From Candidatus Sulfomarinibacteraceae bacterium (GTDB lineage: Bacteria > Acidobacteriota > Thermoanaerobaculia > Thermoanaerobaculales > Sulfomarinibacteraceae): DNA of 64,000 nucleotides. Location: contig CAWCLO010000003.1 of assembly GCA_963796455.1 (NCBI GenBank), forward strand, positions 96,001-160,000, in the 5' to 3' direction. The stretch's first letter is position 1; the number at the start of each line of letters is the position of its first letter. The notes beneath the pieces were generated by a model, which made no database searches, was not told the DNA's origin, and saw only the letters and a program-made list of their open reading frames with translations. A program made the position numbers and the translations under genes. This document shows positions 10,144 through 19,640 of this stretch, piece after piece.

Positions 10144-11067
10144 ATGCGCGCACGAAACATGATCGTGACAATCGCTGTTTTTCTACTCTTTTCCGCCGCC
10201 GCCGAAGCCGACATCGAAATTCACAAGGAACACAGTTTTGACGCCCGCGCCGGTGCGACTGTTGTCGTCGATGTGTCCTTCCACAACGTCGAGGTCACCG
10301 CGCGCCCAGGTAACACGGTCAACGTTGTCGTGGATCTCACGATCAGCGGCGACGGGAGCTCCTCAAAAAGAGCAGCGGAGGACCTGCAACCGGAGTTTTC
10401 CGATGAGGGGAAAAAACTCATCATCCGATCAACTCGCGATGGTGGGTGGTCGTGGAAGAAAGCTCGTGCGCGCGGCAAGGTCGTCATCGAGATGCCGCCG
10501 GGAATGGACCTGCTGCTCGATCTTTCGTCTGGGAGCTGCAGAATCAATGGTGATTTCGGAGATGCGGTCGTTCGTTTCGACGCCTCGTCGGGCAGCTTGA
10601 CGGCCAACGGTGCGATGCGTGAACTTCACAGTGATTTTTCTTCGGGCTCGGTCAATGCAACGGTCTATCGCCCGCTCGAGGCGTTTAGCGCCGACGCATC
10701 ATCGGGAAGCATCCGGCTCACTGGCGGTGCATTGCATGCCAAGGTGGAGACCTCCTCGGGAAGCATGAAGCTTCGAGGTCTGCGGGGAGACGCGAAGCTC
10801 GGCTCGTCATCAGGGAGCATCACCGCTCATTGGGACACGATTTCTCCAGATGCCAGCGTGAATGCCGAGGCGAGCTCGGGCAGCGTGACGCTCCAGTTTC
10901 CCACCGGCACCGAACTCGATGGCCTCGTCGAGGTCAGCTCGGGCGGGATCCACACCGACTTTCCCGGTCAAAAGGGCAAGAAGTCCCTCGCTTTGAGCGG
11001 CGGCGACAATGCCGTCATGCTGAGAGTCAGCACCTCATCGGGCTCGGTCAAGCTTCAGGCGAATTGA
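10144..11067 (+). CDS. DUF4097-like beta-strand repeat (adhesin-like) secreted protein
   Basis: Signal peptide; repeated xSSGS(I/V/L) units. Confidence 0.8.
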   Translation: MRARNMIVTIAVFLLFSAAAEADIEIHKEHSFDARAGATVVVDVSFHNVEVTARPGNTVNVVVDLTISGDGSSSKRAAEDLQPEFSDEGKKLIIRSTRDGGWSWKKARARGKVVIEMPPGMDLLLDLSSGSCRINGDFGDAVVRFDASSGSLTANGAMRELHSDFSSGSVNATVYRPLEAFSADASSGSIRLTGGALHAKVETSSGSMKLRGLRGDAKLGSSSGSITAHWDTISPDASVNAEASSGSVTLQFPTGTELDGLVEVSSGGIHTDFPGQKGKKSLALSGGDNAVMLRVSTSSGSVKLQAN

Positions 11068-11794
11068 AATCGGGACAAAACCCGAGCTGCCACGGCTGAA
11101 CGATCGATATCGAGTGTCCGGAGATGTAGTCCCGGCACGCCGGTGACGGGTCAGCAGCGCTGAGAATCATCGCGGCTGAGGCACCTCGATCGACGAGCGC
11201 CGCTCTCACCTCTCTCGCGATCGAGACGGGCACGGCGTCGCCTCCGACATGACACCTGATAAGAAGATCAGATTCACCGGTGGTGATGACCATGTCGATG
11301 CCCGTCGATTCTCGATCGAGCGCCGCTACCCGGTTCGGACAAACCTGATCGAATTTCAATCCGATTGCGGAACGAAAAGCCACCTCCCCGGCTGATCGCC
11401 ACCATTCGGGGTCGTCGGGGACAGATCGAGGCCGAGTCGATCGATCGTAGTCAGAAACCGCTTTCCGGTACGCAAGGCAGGCCCGAAGAGTCGGAAATCT
11501 CCGACACAACCACCTTTCCTCGACCCGTTCCGAGGCGCACAACACCAGCATCGCAAGCGGCAGCAGAACGACCGAACCTGCGGCGAGGATGATCGTGGTG
11601 AAAAAGAGAGCTGCCGGCCATGAACCGGCGACACGAAAGATGATGAAAGAGATCGCGGCTGCCGCAACCAGGTAGGCGACACCGAGGATGGACGGCCATT
11701 TTTCCGCAAAGAACATGCCCGGGGCGTTCGCAAGGTCTTCCTCGGAAATACCGAAGTCTTCCACCCTCGGCCCATTTGTCGTGTCCCAAATCAT
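11048..11794 (-). CDS. Membrane protein with C-terminal degenerate Mrr-like (PD-D/ExK) domain
   Basis: Two TM segments, then GIDMVI...LLIRCH...VPVSIAREV...GASAAMILS pattern resembling Mrr_cat. Confidence 0.55.
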   Translation of the reverse strand: MIWDTTNGPRVEDFGISEEDLANAPGMFFAEKWPSILGVAYLVAAAAISFIIFRVAGSWPAALFFTTIILAAGSVVLLPLAMLVLCASERVEERWLCRRFPTLRACLAYRKAVSDYDRSTRPRSVPDDPEWWRSAGEVAFRSAIGLKFDQVCPNRVAALDRESTGIDMVITTGESDLLIRCHVGGDAVPVSIAREVRAALVDRGASAAMILSAADPSPACRDYISGHSISIVQPWQLGFCPDFNSPEA

Positions 11795-11973
11795 CTCGCC
11801 GGCGAGGACCTCCTGTTGTCAAGATACGTCTCTCCGCCCTCGACCGCCATCTTTTGGCCGTTTGATCAAGCTGACAGACAGCGGTATTTTCAATCAACAA
11901 AAGGAATCCCCGAGCCACGAACTGGCCCGGGGATGAAAATGACCTCAGCAGAGAGAGCTGGTTACTGGCGGGG

Positions 11974-13614
11974 TCAGCTGGTCGGAGCCTTCTGGTTCTC
12001 CGCGCCGTTTTTCACCCTCTTTTTGACGTCCTTCTTCGGCTCCGTCGGCATCGGTTTGCGCGGCATCATCTCGTCGCGATTTGCCGCGTGCCAGATGATG
12101 GTCGCGATGACCACCGCCGATTGTTTGAGGTCGTCCGCGTGGAGATGGTCATAGGTGTCAACATTGGTGTGATGGGTTCGGCCCATGTAGTCCATCCGGT
12201 CCTGGATGAACTGGTAGCCCGGCACTCCCACCCGGTCAAAGGCCATGTGATCTGTGCCACTGGTCGTTTTCATGGTGACGGTGTCCGCTCCGAGATCGGC
12301 CAATGGGGCAAACCAGGCCTTGAAAATCGGCATCGCCGCCGCGTTCTCCTCGGTGTAGATTCCGCGAAGTCGGCCATTTCCGTTGTCGATGTTGAAATAA
12401 GCCGAAGTGGTTTTGTGGCCCGGCAGTGGTTGGATGGGCCAGGTGGTCTCGCGGGCCCATGCCGGCAGCTCCAGCTGTTCGGGATCGGTGGTCTCCGGCC
12501 GGGTCGCCAGATAACGCTCGACATAATCCCTGGATCCCAGCAGACCCTGCTCCTCACCGCTCCAAAGCCCGACCCGGATCGTACGGCGGGGTTGCAATCC
12601 CGAATCCTTGATGATCCGGAGAGCCTCCATCACCACGGCGCAACTCCCGCCATTATCGGTAGCGCCGGTGCCGGTGTGCCAGGAGTCGAGATGGGCGCCG
12701 ACCACGACGGTCTCGTTCGCGAGATCAGAACCGTGAAGGTCTGCAATGGTGTTGTAGGCCTGGCGGTCTTCGAACCAGGTCACGGCGACATCGATTTCGA
12801 GAATCGGTTCGATATCCCGGTCGATCATCCGCACCAGGCGGTTGTACTGTTCGGTCGCCATCGTCAGCGACGGGACGCCGAGGACATTCTCGGTCGAACG
12901 ATTTCCCGAGTTGCCGCTCACCCGAACGATGCCATTGTCGCGGGAACTCGGCTCAACTGTCGCCAGCACACCTTCCGTCGCATAAAATTCGGCCAACTTC
13001 TCCCGGAACATGAACCTCTTCATCCGACGCTTACGCCAATCGCCCCAGCGATCGCTCGGGACGTCATACTTCTCGAGTTCCGCGAGACCCTCTTCATCCC
13101 AGCGATGGAAGAGCTCGCCCTCGATCTGCTTGGGCTCCGCGGCGTCATCCAGGAGGACGATCGCGCCATCGAGCTTTCCGGCCCACTTTTCGAGGTCCTC
13201 ATCGTTTTCCAGATTGGCGCGAACAACGCGCCCCTGGATCGGACCATCGGTTCCGGGCGCCCACGCGGCCGAGAGCGCCTCGAGCGGCTGAACGTAGGGA
13301 GAGAGCATGCGTACCTGAACGCGGTCGGCCAGCCAACTCCTGCCAAAGTCATAGCTGTCGAGTTTTACGGTGAGACCCCACTCTTCCATCTTCGCCTTGG
13401 CCCACTCGTGGGCTTCGAGCTCCTGCGGAGTGCCGGTCAGCCTCGGCCCCACGCCTTCGGTCAGATTCCAAGCGATATCCATAACTTGAGAGTGCCGGAA
13501 GCCCTGATCGCGAATCTTGGTGACCGCGTCGAGATCGACCGGTTCGCCGCCGTATACCAGGGATGCGATCACGACGATCACGAGAATGAATCCGACAGTT
13601 TTGAGACGAAGCAT
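11974..13614 (-). CDS. M28/M20 family peptidase with PA domain (secreted)
   Basis: GAHLDSW, GATDNG, SGEEQGLLGS, GTDH, HHTNVD. Confidence 0.92.
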   Translation of the reverse strand: MLRLKTVGFILVIVVIASLVYGGEPVDLDAVTKIRDQGFRHSQVMDIAWNLTEGVGPRLTGTPQELEAHEWAKAKMEEWGLTVKLDSYDFGRSWLADRVQVRMLSPYVQPLEALSAAWAPGTDGPIQGRVVRANLENDEDLEKWAGKLDGAIVLLDDAAEPKQIEGELFHRWDEEGLAELEKYDVPSDRWGDWRKRRMKRFMFREKLAEFYATEGVLATVEPSSRDNGIVRVSGNSGNRSTENVLGVPSLTMATEQYNRLVRMIDRDIEPILEIDVAVTWFEDRQAYNTIADLHGSDLANETVVVGAHLDSWHTGTGATDNGGSCAVVMEALRIIKDSGLQPRRTIRVGLWSGEEQGLLGSRDYVERYLATRPETTDPEQLELPAWARETTWPIQPLPGHKTTSAYFNIDNGNGRLRGIYTEENAAAMPIFKAWFAPLADLGADTVTMKTTSGTDHMAFDRVGVPGYQFIQDRMDYMGRTHHTNVDTYDHLHADDLKQSAVVIATIIWHAANRDEMMPRKPMPTEPKKDVKKRVKNGAENQKAPTS

Positions 13615-13696
13615 GAGGGACCTCCATCCTTCAGATCAACGAAGTTTAACGCAGGATCAGCCCGACGGATCTGAAGAATTGTGAAGGGAGGAGGGC

Positions 13697-13848
13697 GGCT
13701 ATGGGGCTATGGGGCTATGGGGCTATGGGGCTATGGGGCAAAATGAGGCTATGGGACGACGCGGCTCTGCAACAACCCGGTGCAACAAATTCTTCTCATA
13801 GCCTCATAGCCAGGGAGCGGCGCGACCGATCATCGCCTCACAGCCTCA
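13697..13848. repeat. (GGCTATGG)5 ... (CATAGCCT)n inverted-repeat element, copy 1
   Basis: Five octamers at 13697-13736, spacer conserved with the 17001 copy, inverted arm from about 13796. Confidence 0.85.
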
Positions 13849-13910
13849 AGGGAATTGTGATGGGGAGTGGCTCTCGTTGTGACAGTAGCTGCCCTCGAGG
13901 TTGCAACGTC

Positions 13911-15260
13911 CTAGGAGTGCCCATTCATCACCGCGATCTTGCGGCCGATGTTGATTGCCATCTCGAGCGACTGTTCGTAGTTGAGCCGGGGGTCGACGCG
14001 CGACTCGTAGGCACGGTCGAGATCGACCTCCGACAAACCCCGGGCGCCGCCGACGCACTCCGTGACGTTGTCGCCCGACAACTCGAAATGCACACCACCC
14101 TGATACGAACCGAGTTCGGCGTGAATGTCGAAGCTCTGCTCGAGTTCCGAAAGAATGTTCTCGAAACGGCGGGTCTTGCGACCGCCGGGTGTTGTTTCCG
14201 TATTGCCGTGCATCGGATCACAGCACCACAGGACGGTCCGTCCGGCACGTTGAACCGCCTCCACCAGGGGTGGCAGCGATTCGGCCACACTCCCGTGACC
14301 CATCCGGTGAATCAGAGTCATCCGCCCGGGCTCGGCATCAGGGTCGAGCGCTTCGAGTAGATCGAGGAGCCACTCGGGTGTCATGGAGGCGCCGATTTTG
14401 AGCCCGATCGGGTTTCGAATTCCGCGAAAGTAATCGACGTGCGCCCCATCAACCCCGGCGGTCCGAAGTCCGATCCAGGGGAAATGGGTGCCGAGGTTGT
14501 ACCAACCCTCGCGGCGCGGTACCTGCCGCGTCTGCGCCTGCTCATAGGGCAGCAACAGGGCCTCGTGGCTGGTGTAGAAATCGACTCGACTGATCTCATT
14601 GGCCTGCGTGCCCGCCAAGGTTTCCATAAACTGCAACGAATCGGCGATACCCTCCACCATGCGCTGGTACTCCTGGGCGCGCGGTGAATGGGACATGAAG
14701 TCGACGTCCCAATACTCCGGGTGATGGAGGTCCGCAAACCCGCCGTCCACCAGCGACCGGATGAAATTGAGGGTCAAAGCGGAGTATTCGTAACCGCGGA
14801 GCATTCTCTCGGGATCCGGAATACGGTCTTCGGGAGTGAAGTCGGGGCCATTAACGATCTCGCCGCGGTAACTCGGAAGAGAAACCCCGTCCCGTTCTTC
14901 GAGGTCTGTCGACCGCGGTTTGGCGTACTGACCGGCAAAGCGCCCGACCCGGATGATCATGCGCTTGAGCCCGAAGGTCAGCACCAGACTCATCTGGAGC
15001 AGAATCTTGAGCTTGTTGGTGATCGTCTCGGCCGAACACTGGTCGAATCGCTCGGCGCAGGCACCCCCCTGAAGGAGGAATCTCTTGCCGGCGGCGGCCT
15101 CCGCGAGCTGGGAGCGAAGCCGTTCGATCTCCCACGAAGTCACGAGCGGCGGCAGCGCGGACAGACGTTCCACCGTGGCCGCAAGGTGATCCTGATCGGG
15201 ATAGGTCGGCTGTTGCGCGGCCGGTTTGTCACGCCACGATGTGGGGCTCCACTGCTCCAT
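13911..15260 (-). CDS. Class II 3-deoxy-7-phosphoheptulonate (DAHP) synthase
   Basis: AAQQP, FLLQGG, GRFAGQYAKPRS, TSHEALLL, CDPMHGNT, DPRLN. Confidence 0.95.
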   Translation of the reverse strand: MEQWSPTSWRDKPAAQQPTYPDQDHLAATVERLSALPPLVTSWEIERLRSQLAEAAAGKRFLLQGGACAERFDQCSAETITNKLKILLQMSLVLTFGLKRMIIRVGRFAGQYAKPRSTDLEERDGVSLPSYRGEIVNGPDFTPEDRIPDPERMLRGYEYSALTLNFIRSLVDGGFADLHHPEYWDVDFMSHSPRAQEYQRMVEGIADSLQFMETLAGTQANEISRVDFYTSHEALLLPYEQAQTRQVPRREGWYNLGTHFPWIGLRTAGVDGAHVDYFRGIRNPIGLKIGASMTPEWLLDLLEALDPDAEPGRMTLIHRMGHGSVAESLPPLVEAVQRAGRTVLWCCDPMHGNTETTPGGRKTRRFENILSELEQSFDIHAELGSYQGGVHFELSGDNVTECVGGARGLSEVDLDRAYESRVDPRLNYEQSLEMAINIGRKIAVMNGHS

Positions 15261-15304
15261 AAGGCGGGAAGTCTACACGAATGCTCATCCAAATTCTCGT
15301 TTCG

Positions 15305-15571
15305 TGCCCGCTGCTGTCCACGACACGGGCGGCAGCGGCAGCGAACAGGAGTCAGCGGCAGGGAGCAGCGGTCCGGGTCAGCGGTCAGTATTCAGCGGCA
15401 GCGGTCAGGGGTCCAACGCCGATGCGGCCATCCGCGGGTCGTTCAACCGAAGGAGTAGCCGCTGATGACTGAACGCTGAACCTTACTACTGTTCACTGTT
15501 TACTGTTCGCTGTCGCTGTACACCGAGCGCCGTCGCTGTCCCTGAGCCTTGTCCGAGATTGGACATGAGTG
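15305..15571 (+). mobile_element. Copy B of four-helix-bundle-associated element (empty, MITE-like)
   Basis: CAGCG-rich left arm, GGGTCGTTCAACCGAAGGAGTAGCCG (5' leader-hairpin half), CGCTG-rich right arm, terminus TTGGACATGAGTG. Confidence 0.65.
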
Positions 15572-15580
15572 TGGCGGCCA

Positions 15581-15611
15581 TTGACAATTTTTTATTTGTA
15601 TTATACAAATA
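15581..15611 (+). promoter_or_regulatory. Promoter -35 (TTGACA) and palindromic operator upstream of marR-arsM
   Basis: TTGACA 15581-15586; perfect 9-1-9 palindrome TATTTGTAT-T-ATACAAATA at 15593-15611 in an AT-rich patch. Confidence 0.7.
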
Positions 15612-15626
15612 TATTTGGAGGTTCTC

Positions 15627-16139
15627 GTGACCGAGGTTGAAACCACGACCGACACCCAGGCAAAACAACTGCGAGAGGGCATTCGATTGTTGGTACGAAG
15701 ATTTTCGCTGGCCGAACGAGCTGACATCAGCTGTTGCGGTATGACGGTGGCACAGGCGGCCACCCTGGAGGCGCTTGCAGACGGTGCGCTTCGATTGAGC
15801 GATCTCGGCACCCGGCTCGGAATTGCACCCAGCACCCTCACCCGCAATCTCGCTCGCCTCGAGGAACGAGGTCTTATAGCCAGGCAATCGGACCCGAAGG
15901 ATGGGCGCGCGCAACGAGTCGCCCTCACCGGCGAAGGTGCTGCGGCCGCTGCTGGAGTGAGACTCCAGGAAGAGATTTTTGCCCGCTCTGTCCTTGATCG
16001 CCTGCCCGCGGGCAGCGTAACCGAGACCCTGGCAACATTCGAGACTCTTTTGGCCGCGGTTCGTTCGGCCACCGAGAGCTGCTGCCCCGGAGCCTACGAA
16101 CACCTGATCACAATCTCATCCGAATCGAGGAGGAAATGA
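15627..16139 (+). CDS. MarR family transcriptional regulator with two CC motifs (probable arsenic sensor)
   Basis: wHTH LGIAPSTLTRNLARLEERGLI, DPKDGRA; SCCG and SCCP; overlaps arsM start; GGAGG then GTG. Confidence 0.85.
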   Translation: MTEVETTTDTQAKQLREGIRLLVRRFSLAERADISCCGMTVAQAATLEALADGALRLSDLGTRLGIAPSTLTRNLARLEERGLIARQSDPKDGRAQRVALTGEGAAAAAGVRLQEEIFARSVLDRLPAGSVTETLATFETLLAAVRSATESCCPGAYEHLITISSESRRK

Positions 16140-16990
16140 TGAAAAACGACCCTGATTCCTCAAAGCTCGACCCCACCGACGCCGCGGCGGTGATCGAAAA
16201 CGTCAAAGACCGATATGCGACCTTTGTCACCGTGGGCACATCATGCTGCGGACCATCCGCGAACAGTTGTTGCGGAACGACTGAGACCGTGGCCGAGAGG
16301 CTCGGCTACACAACCATCGATCTCGACCTTTTGCCCGATGGCGCAAACCTCGGGCTCGGGTGCGGCGCACCGGTCCAGTTCCTCGATCTCGAAGCGGGTG
16401 AAACCGTCGTCGACCTCGGGTCAGGGGCGGGCATCGACGCCCTGATCGCTGCCACAAAGGTCGGGGAAGACGGGCTGGTTATCGGAGTCGACATGACCCC
16501 CGAAATGATTGCCGCCGCCCGCACCAACGCCAAGACGGCCGGCGCCGAGAACGTCGACTTCCGTGAGGGTCAGCTCGACGCCCTGCCGATAGAGGACGCA
16601 ACCGTCGATGCGATCACCAGCAATTGCGTCATCAACCTGGTGCCCGACAAATCGGCGGTGTTTCGTGAGATCGCTCGTGTGCTCCGTCCCGGCGGCCGGC
16701 TCGTCGTCTCCGACATCATCCTCGACGGCGAGCTTCCGGAAACAGTTCGCGACAACCTCATGGCCTACGTCGGCTGTGTCGCCGGCGCCGAACAACGCGA
16801 AAACTATTTCAAGATGCTGTCCGAAGCCGGGCTCGGCAAAATCGAGATCCTCAAGGACGAGGATTTCCTCGAGATGACCGAAAAGGCAACCCCGACCGAA
16901 GTGGTTTCGATCATCGAGGGCGCCGGCATCGACCGTCAATCGGTCGTGGGCCTGGTGCGTTCGGTGACGTACCGAGCGACCAAAGCCTGA
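16136..16990 (+). CDS. arsM: Arsenite S-adenosylmethionine methyltransferase
   Basis: [34 protein letters not shown] conserved cysteines. Confidence 0.9.
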   Translation: MMKNDPDSSKLDPTDAAAVIENVKDRYATFVTVGTSCCGPSANSCCGTTETVAERLGYTTIDLDLLPDGANLGLGCGAPVQFLDLEAGETVVDLGSGAGIDALIAATKVGEDGLVIGVDMTPEMIAAARTNAKTAGAENVDFREGQLDALPIEDATVDAITSNCVINLVPDKSAVFREIARVLRPGGRLVVSDIILDGELPETVRDNLMAYVGCVAGAEQRENYFKMLSEAGLGKIEILKDEDFLEMTEKATPTEVVSIIEGAGIDRQSVVGLVRSVTYRATKA

Positions 16991-17000
16991 CGGGATCGAG

Positions 17001-17240
17001 GGCTATGGGGCTATGGGGCTATGGGGCTATGGGGCTATGGGGCCATGAGGCAACTAAGGCTGTGGGACGATTCGGCTCTGAAACAACCTGTTGCAACGAT
17101 TACTCCTCATAGCCTCATAGCCAGGGAGCAAAGCTACCGATCATAGCCTCATAGCCTTATTGCCAGGGAGCAAAGCGACCGATCATAGCCTCATAGCCTT
17201 ATTGCCAGGGAGCAAAGCGACCGATCATAGCCTCATTGCC
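17001..17240. repeat. (GGCTATGG)5 inverted-repeat element, copy 2, with internal 34/42/42-nt tandem amplification
   Basis: Unit TCATAGCCTCATAGCCTTATTGCCAGGGAGCAAAGCGACCGA at 17141-17182 and 17183-17224; shorter unit at 17107-17140. Confidence 0.85.
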
Positions 17241-17291
17241 CGGTCACTGATTCTGCCTCTCTTGTGAGACGATTACAGTAGACTCCTCAAC

Positions 17292-18482
17292 GTGAATCTG
17301 GATCTTGAGCTTGCACTGCGTTTTCTGCGCCGCCGGACCGGCGTGCTGCTGCGGGGAACATCCCTGGCCGCATTCGCGGGCGTTGCCCTGGCGGTAGCCG
17401 CGCTGGTTATCACCCTGGCGCTGATGAACGGATATTCAAAGGCCATCGCCTCAGCCCTGCAACGAGGCAACGCCCATATGGTGGGTTTTGTTATCGGGTC
17501 CTTACAACCGGATGAAGCTGCGGTACTCGCGGCTCGCATCGCCGAAATCGACGGCATCAAACGGGTGGCGCCGGTCACCTATCTCTCGGGCCTTCTCGAC
17601 GACCCCAACCAACCCACCAACCCGGTGCCGATCACCCTCAAGGCAGTCGCCGACCCTCCACCGTACACCGGTCTGGATTCGTGGCCGGCCGAGGGTGGTC
17701 TGGTGGCAGTGCTCGGCGAAAAATTGTCCGCCAAGATCGGCATCGGTGCCGGTGATTCCGCCACCGTCCGATTACCCCCGACCGAAGGCTCCTGGATCCT
17801 GCCTGCCTTGCGTCTCGATGTGGTCGGCACGTTCCGACTGGCATTTTCCGAATTCGACGAACAGTGGGTGACGGTCCCGTTACACGAGGTCCTCGAGCTC
17901 GTACCTTCCCTCGGGGTTGCGGGCATCGAGATCGAACTCGAGAACCCGCTCGAGGTCGACCAAGCCCGGAAAGCCCTCTCGAGTCTCGATCAGAGGCTCT
18001 TCTACACCGATTGGCGCGAAATGAACGCTTCGCTGTTCGCCGCCATCCGCTGGCAGACTCTGTCGCTCTTCGTTGTCCTCACCCTGGTGGTGGCCGTGGC
18101 ATCGTTCCAGGTCAGCTCGGCGCTGGTCGTCCTCGCCATCGACAAACAGCGATCATCGGGGATGCTGCAGGCGCTGGGTGCAACCCCTGCCCGAATCCGA
18201 AGAGTCCTGGTGATTTCCGGGCTGCTGCTGGGCGGGTCCGGGATCGCAGCCGGGATCTTTTTCGGGTGCCTCGCGAGCTGGATCATGACCATCACGAGGG
18301 CGATTCGGTTCCCACCCGGGCTGGCCCGTGTCTACATGGTGGATTCAATCCCTCTCATCCCCTCACCCCTCCATCTGCTCGCGGTTGCCGGTGTCTGTTT
18401 GCTTCTCGTCCTGGTCGCCTCCATCTGGCCGGCCTGGCGCACGTCCCGGATGGATCCGGTAGCGGCGCTGCGCGCCACCTGA
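17292..18482 (+). CDS. LolC/E-like (FtsX/MacB family) ABC permease
   Basis: GVALAVAALVITLALMNG, LQALGA, WRTSRMDPVAALR. Confidence 0.85.
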   Translation: MNLDLELALRFLRRRTGVLLRGTSLAAFAGVALAVAALVITLALMNGYSKAIASALQRGNAHMVGFVIGSLQPDEAAVLAARIAEIDGIKRVAPVTYLSGLLDDPNQPTNPVPITLKAVADPPPYTGLDSWPAEGGLVAVLGEKLSAKIGIGAGDSATVRLPPTEGSWILPALRLDVVGTFRLAFSEFDEQWVTVPLHEVLELVPSLGVAGIEIELENPLEVDQARKALSSLDQRLFYTDWREMNASLFAAIRWQTLSLFVVLTLVVAVASFQVSSALVVLAIDKQRSSGMLQALGATPARIRRVLVISGLLLGGSGIAAGIFFGCLASWIMTITRAIRFPPGLARVYMVDSIPLIPSPLHLLAVAGVCLLLVLVASIWPAWRTSRMDPVAALRAT

Positions 18483-18616
18483 CAAACCCACTCGCCCTGC
18501 GCAAATCCCACCGAAAGTGTCGGAATATTTGACGGTCACATCGTGCTACGCTGATCTGAGACGTCTCGTGCCATTCCATAAGACAGTTTGGAAGGACGTC
18601 TATTCGGTATTTTCAG

Positions 18617-19636
18617 ATGTATGAGATCCAGATTCACCCCGCAGACATCAGGAAGCAGGTCCGATACTACTTCCTCAGCCGAAAGGGATTTCGGTGGCTG
18701 ACCGTGTTCTGGGCGGCCATTGTTCTCCTGTTGGCGGCCGGGGCGGTCCTCGCTCCCGTCGGTTTGCAGTCGCTTTTCCAGACGGGAAGACTCCACACTC
18801 TGTCACAACAACACGAGCTCCAGCACGAGATACTGACGCAACGCAGCATCGCCCTGGATCGGCTCGAAAAGGAAGTCAACACGGCTCGTGCCCTGCAGCG
18901 ACAGATGAGCTTGATTCTGGGCGCCCCACAGGATTCGTTGGGTCTCGGTGGTTATCCCGAGACAGCGAAGCAGGAATTTCACGTGGCCGAGGCCCAGGCC
19001 GCTGTCCAGAGGAGCCTCAAACTCGACACCGACATGATGGCCCTGCTGACCCTTGCCGATGATCTCTCGAGTTTTGCCCGCGAGAACGACGATCTGGCGC
19101 AATCGGTGCCTTCGATCTGTCCGCTGCCAATCGGCACATTCGTTCTCACCTCGCCATTCGGGAATCGCACCTCGCCATTCACCAATTCCCTTGATTTCCA
19201 TTCCGGCATCGACCTCGCGGCGCGGGAAGGAACGCCGGTGCTCTCCGCCGGTGGCGGAAAGGTGGTCTTTGCGGGCCGCTACCCCTTGCGGCGAAATGTC
19301 AGATGGTGGCGTTACGGCAACGTCGTGGTGATATCTCACGGCGACCGCTACCTCACGATCTATGCTCACCTTCAGGAAATCACGGTCCGCCGCGGGGCCA
19401 CCTTGCGACGGGGTGAAGAGCTGGGGACGGTCGGCAACACAGGTTGGAGCACCTCGCCCCATCTTCACTACGAGGTTCGGATGATGTCGGAGACCAACGA
19501 CGACCTGGTTCCGGCGGATCCGAGGATCTATATTCTCAACTACCAGTGGACCGGGCACGAAGAGTTGCTGGTTCGCGGCCGCACGGCTCCGGCACCATCC
19601 TTTGATCCGCTGCCGTCGCGCATGCGGGGGAAATAA
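18617..19636 (+). CDS. M23 family peptidoglycan endopeptidase
   Basis: TM + coiled coil + HSGIDL, YAHL, PHLHYEV. Confidence 0.92.
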   Translation: MYEIQIHPADIRKQVRYYFLSRKGFRWLTVFWAAIVLLLAAGAVLAPVGLQSLFQTGRLHTLSQQHELQHEILTQRSIALDRLEKEVNTARALQRQMSLILGAPQDSLGLGGYPETAKQEFHVAEAQAAVQRSLKLDTDMMALLTLADDLSSFARENDDLAQSVPSICPLPIGTFVLTSPFGNRTSPFTNSLDFHSGIDLAAREGTPVLSAGGGKVVFAGRYPLRRNVRWWRYGNVVVISHGDRYLTIYAHLQEITVRRGATLRRGEELGTVGNTGWSTSPHLHYEVRMMSETNDDLVPADPRIYILNYQWTGHEELLVRGRTAPAPSFDPLPSRMRGK

Positions 19637-19640
19637 CGCC

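Noticed and set aside
13701..14360. ORF beginning MGLWGYGAMGLWG
   Set aside because: Start derives from the GGCTATGG octamer repeat and the rest is antisense to the DAHP synthase
17107..17240. CRISPR-like array
   Set aside because: Units are contiguous tandem copies with no unique spacers; no cas genes in the window
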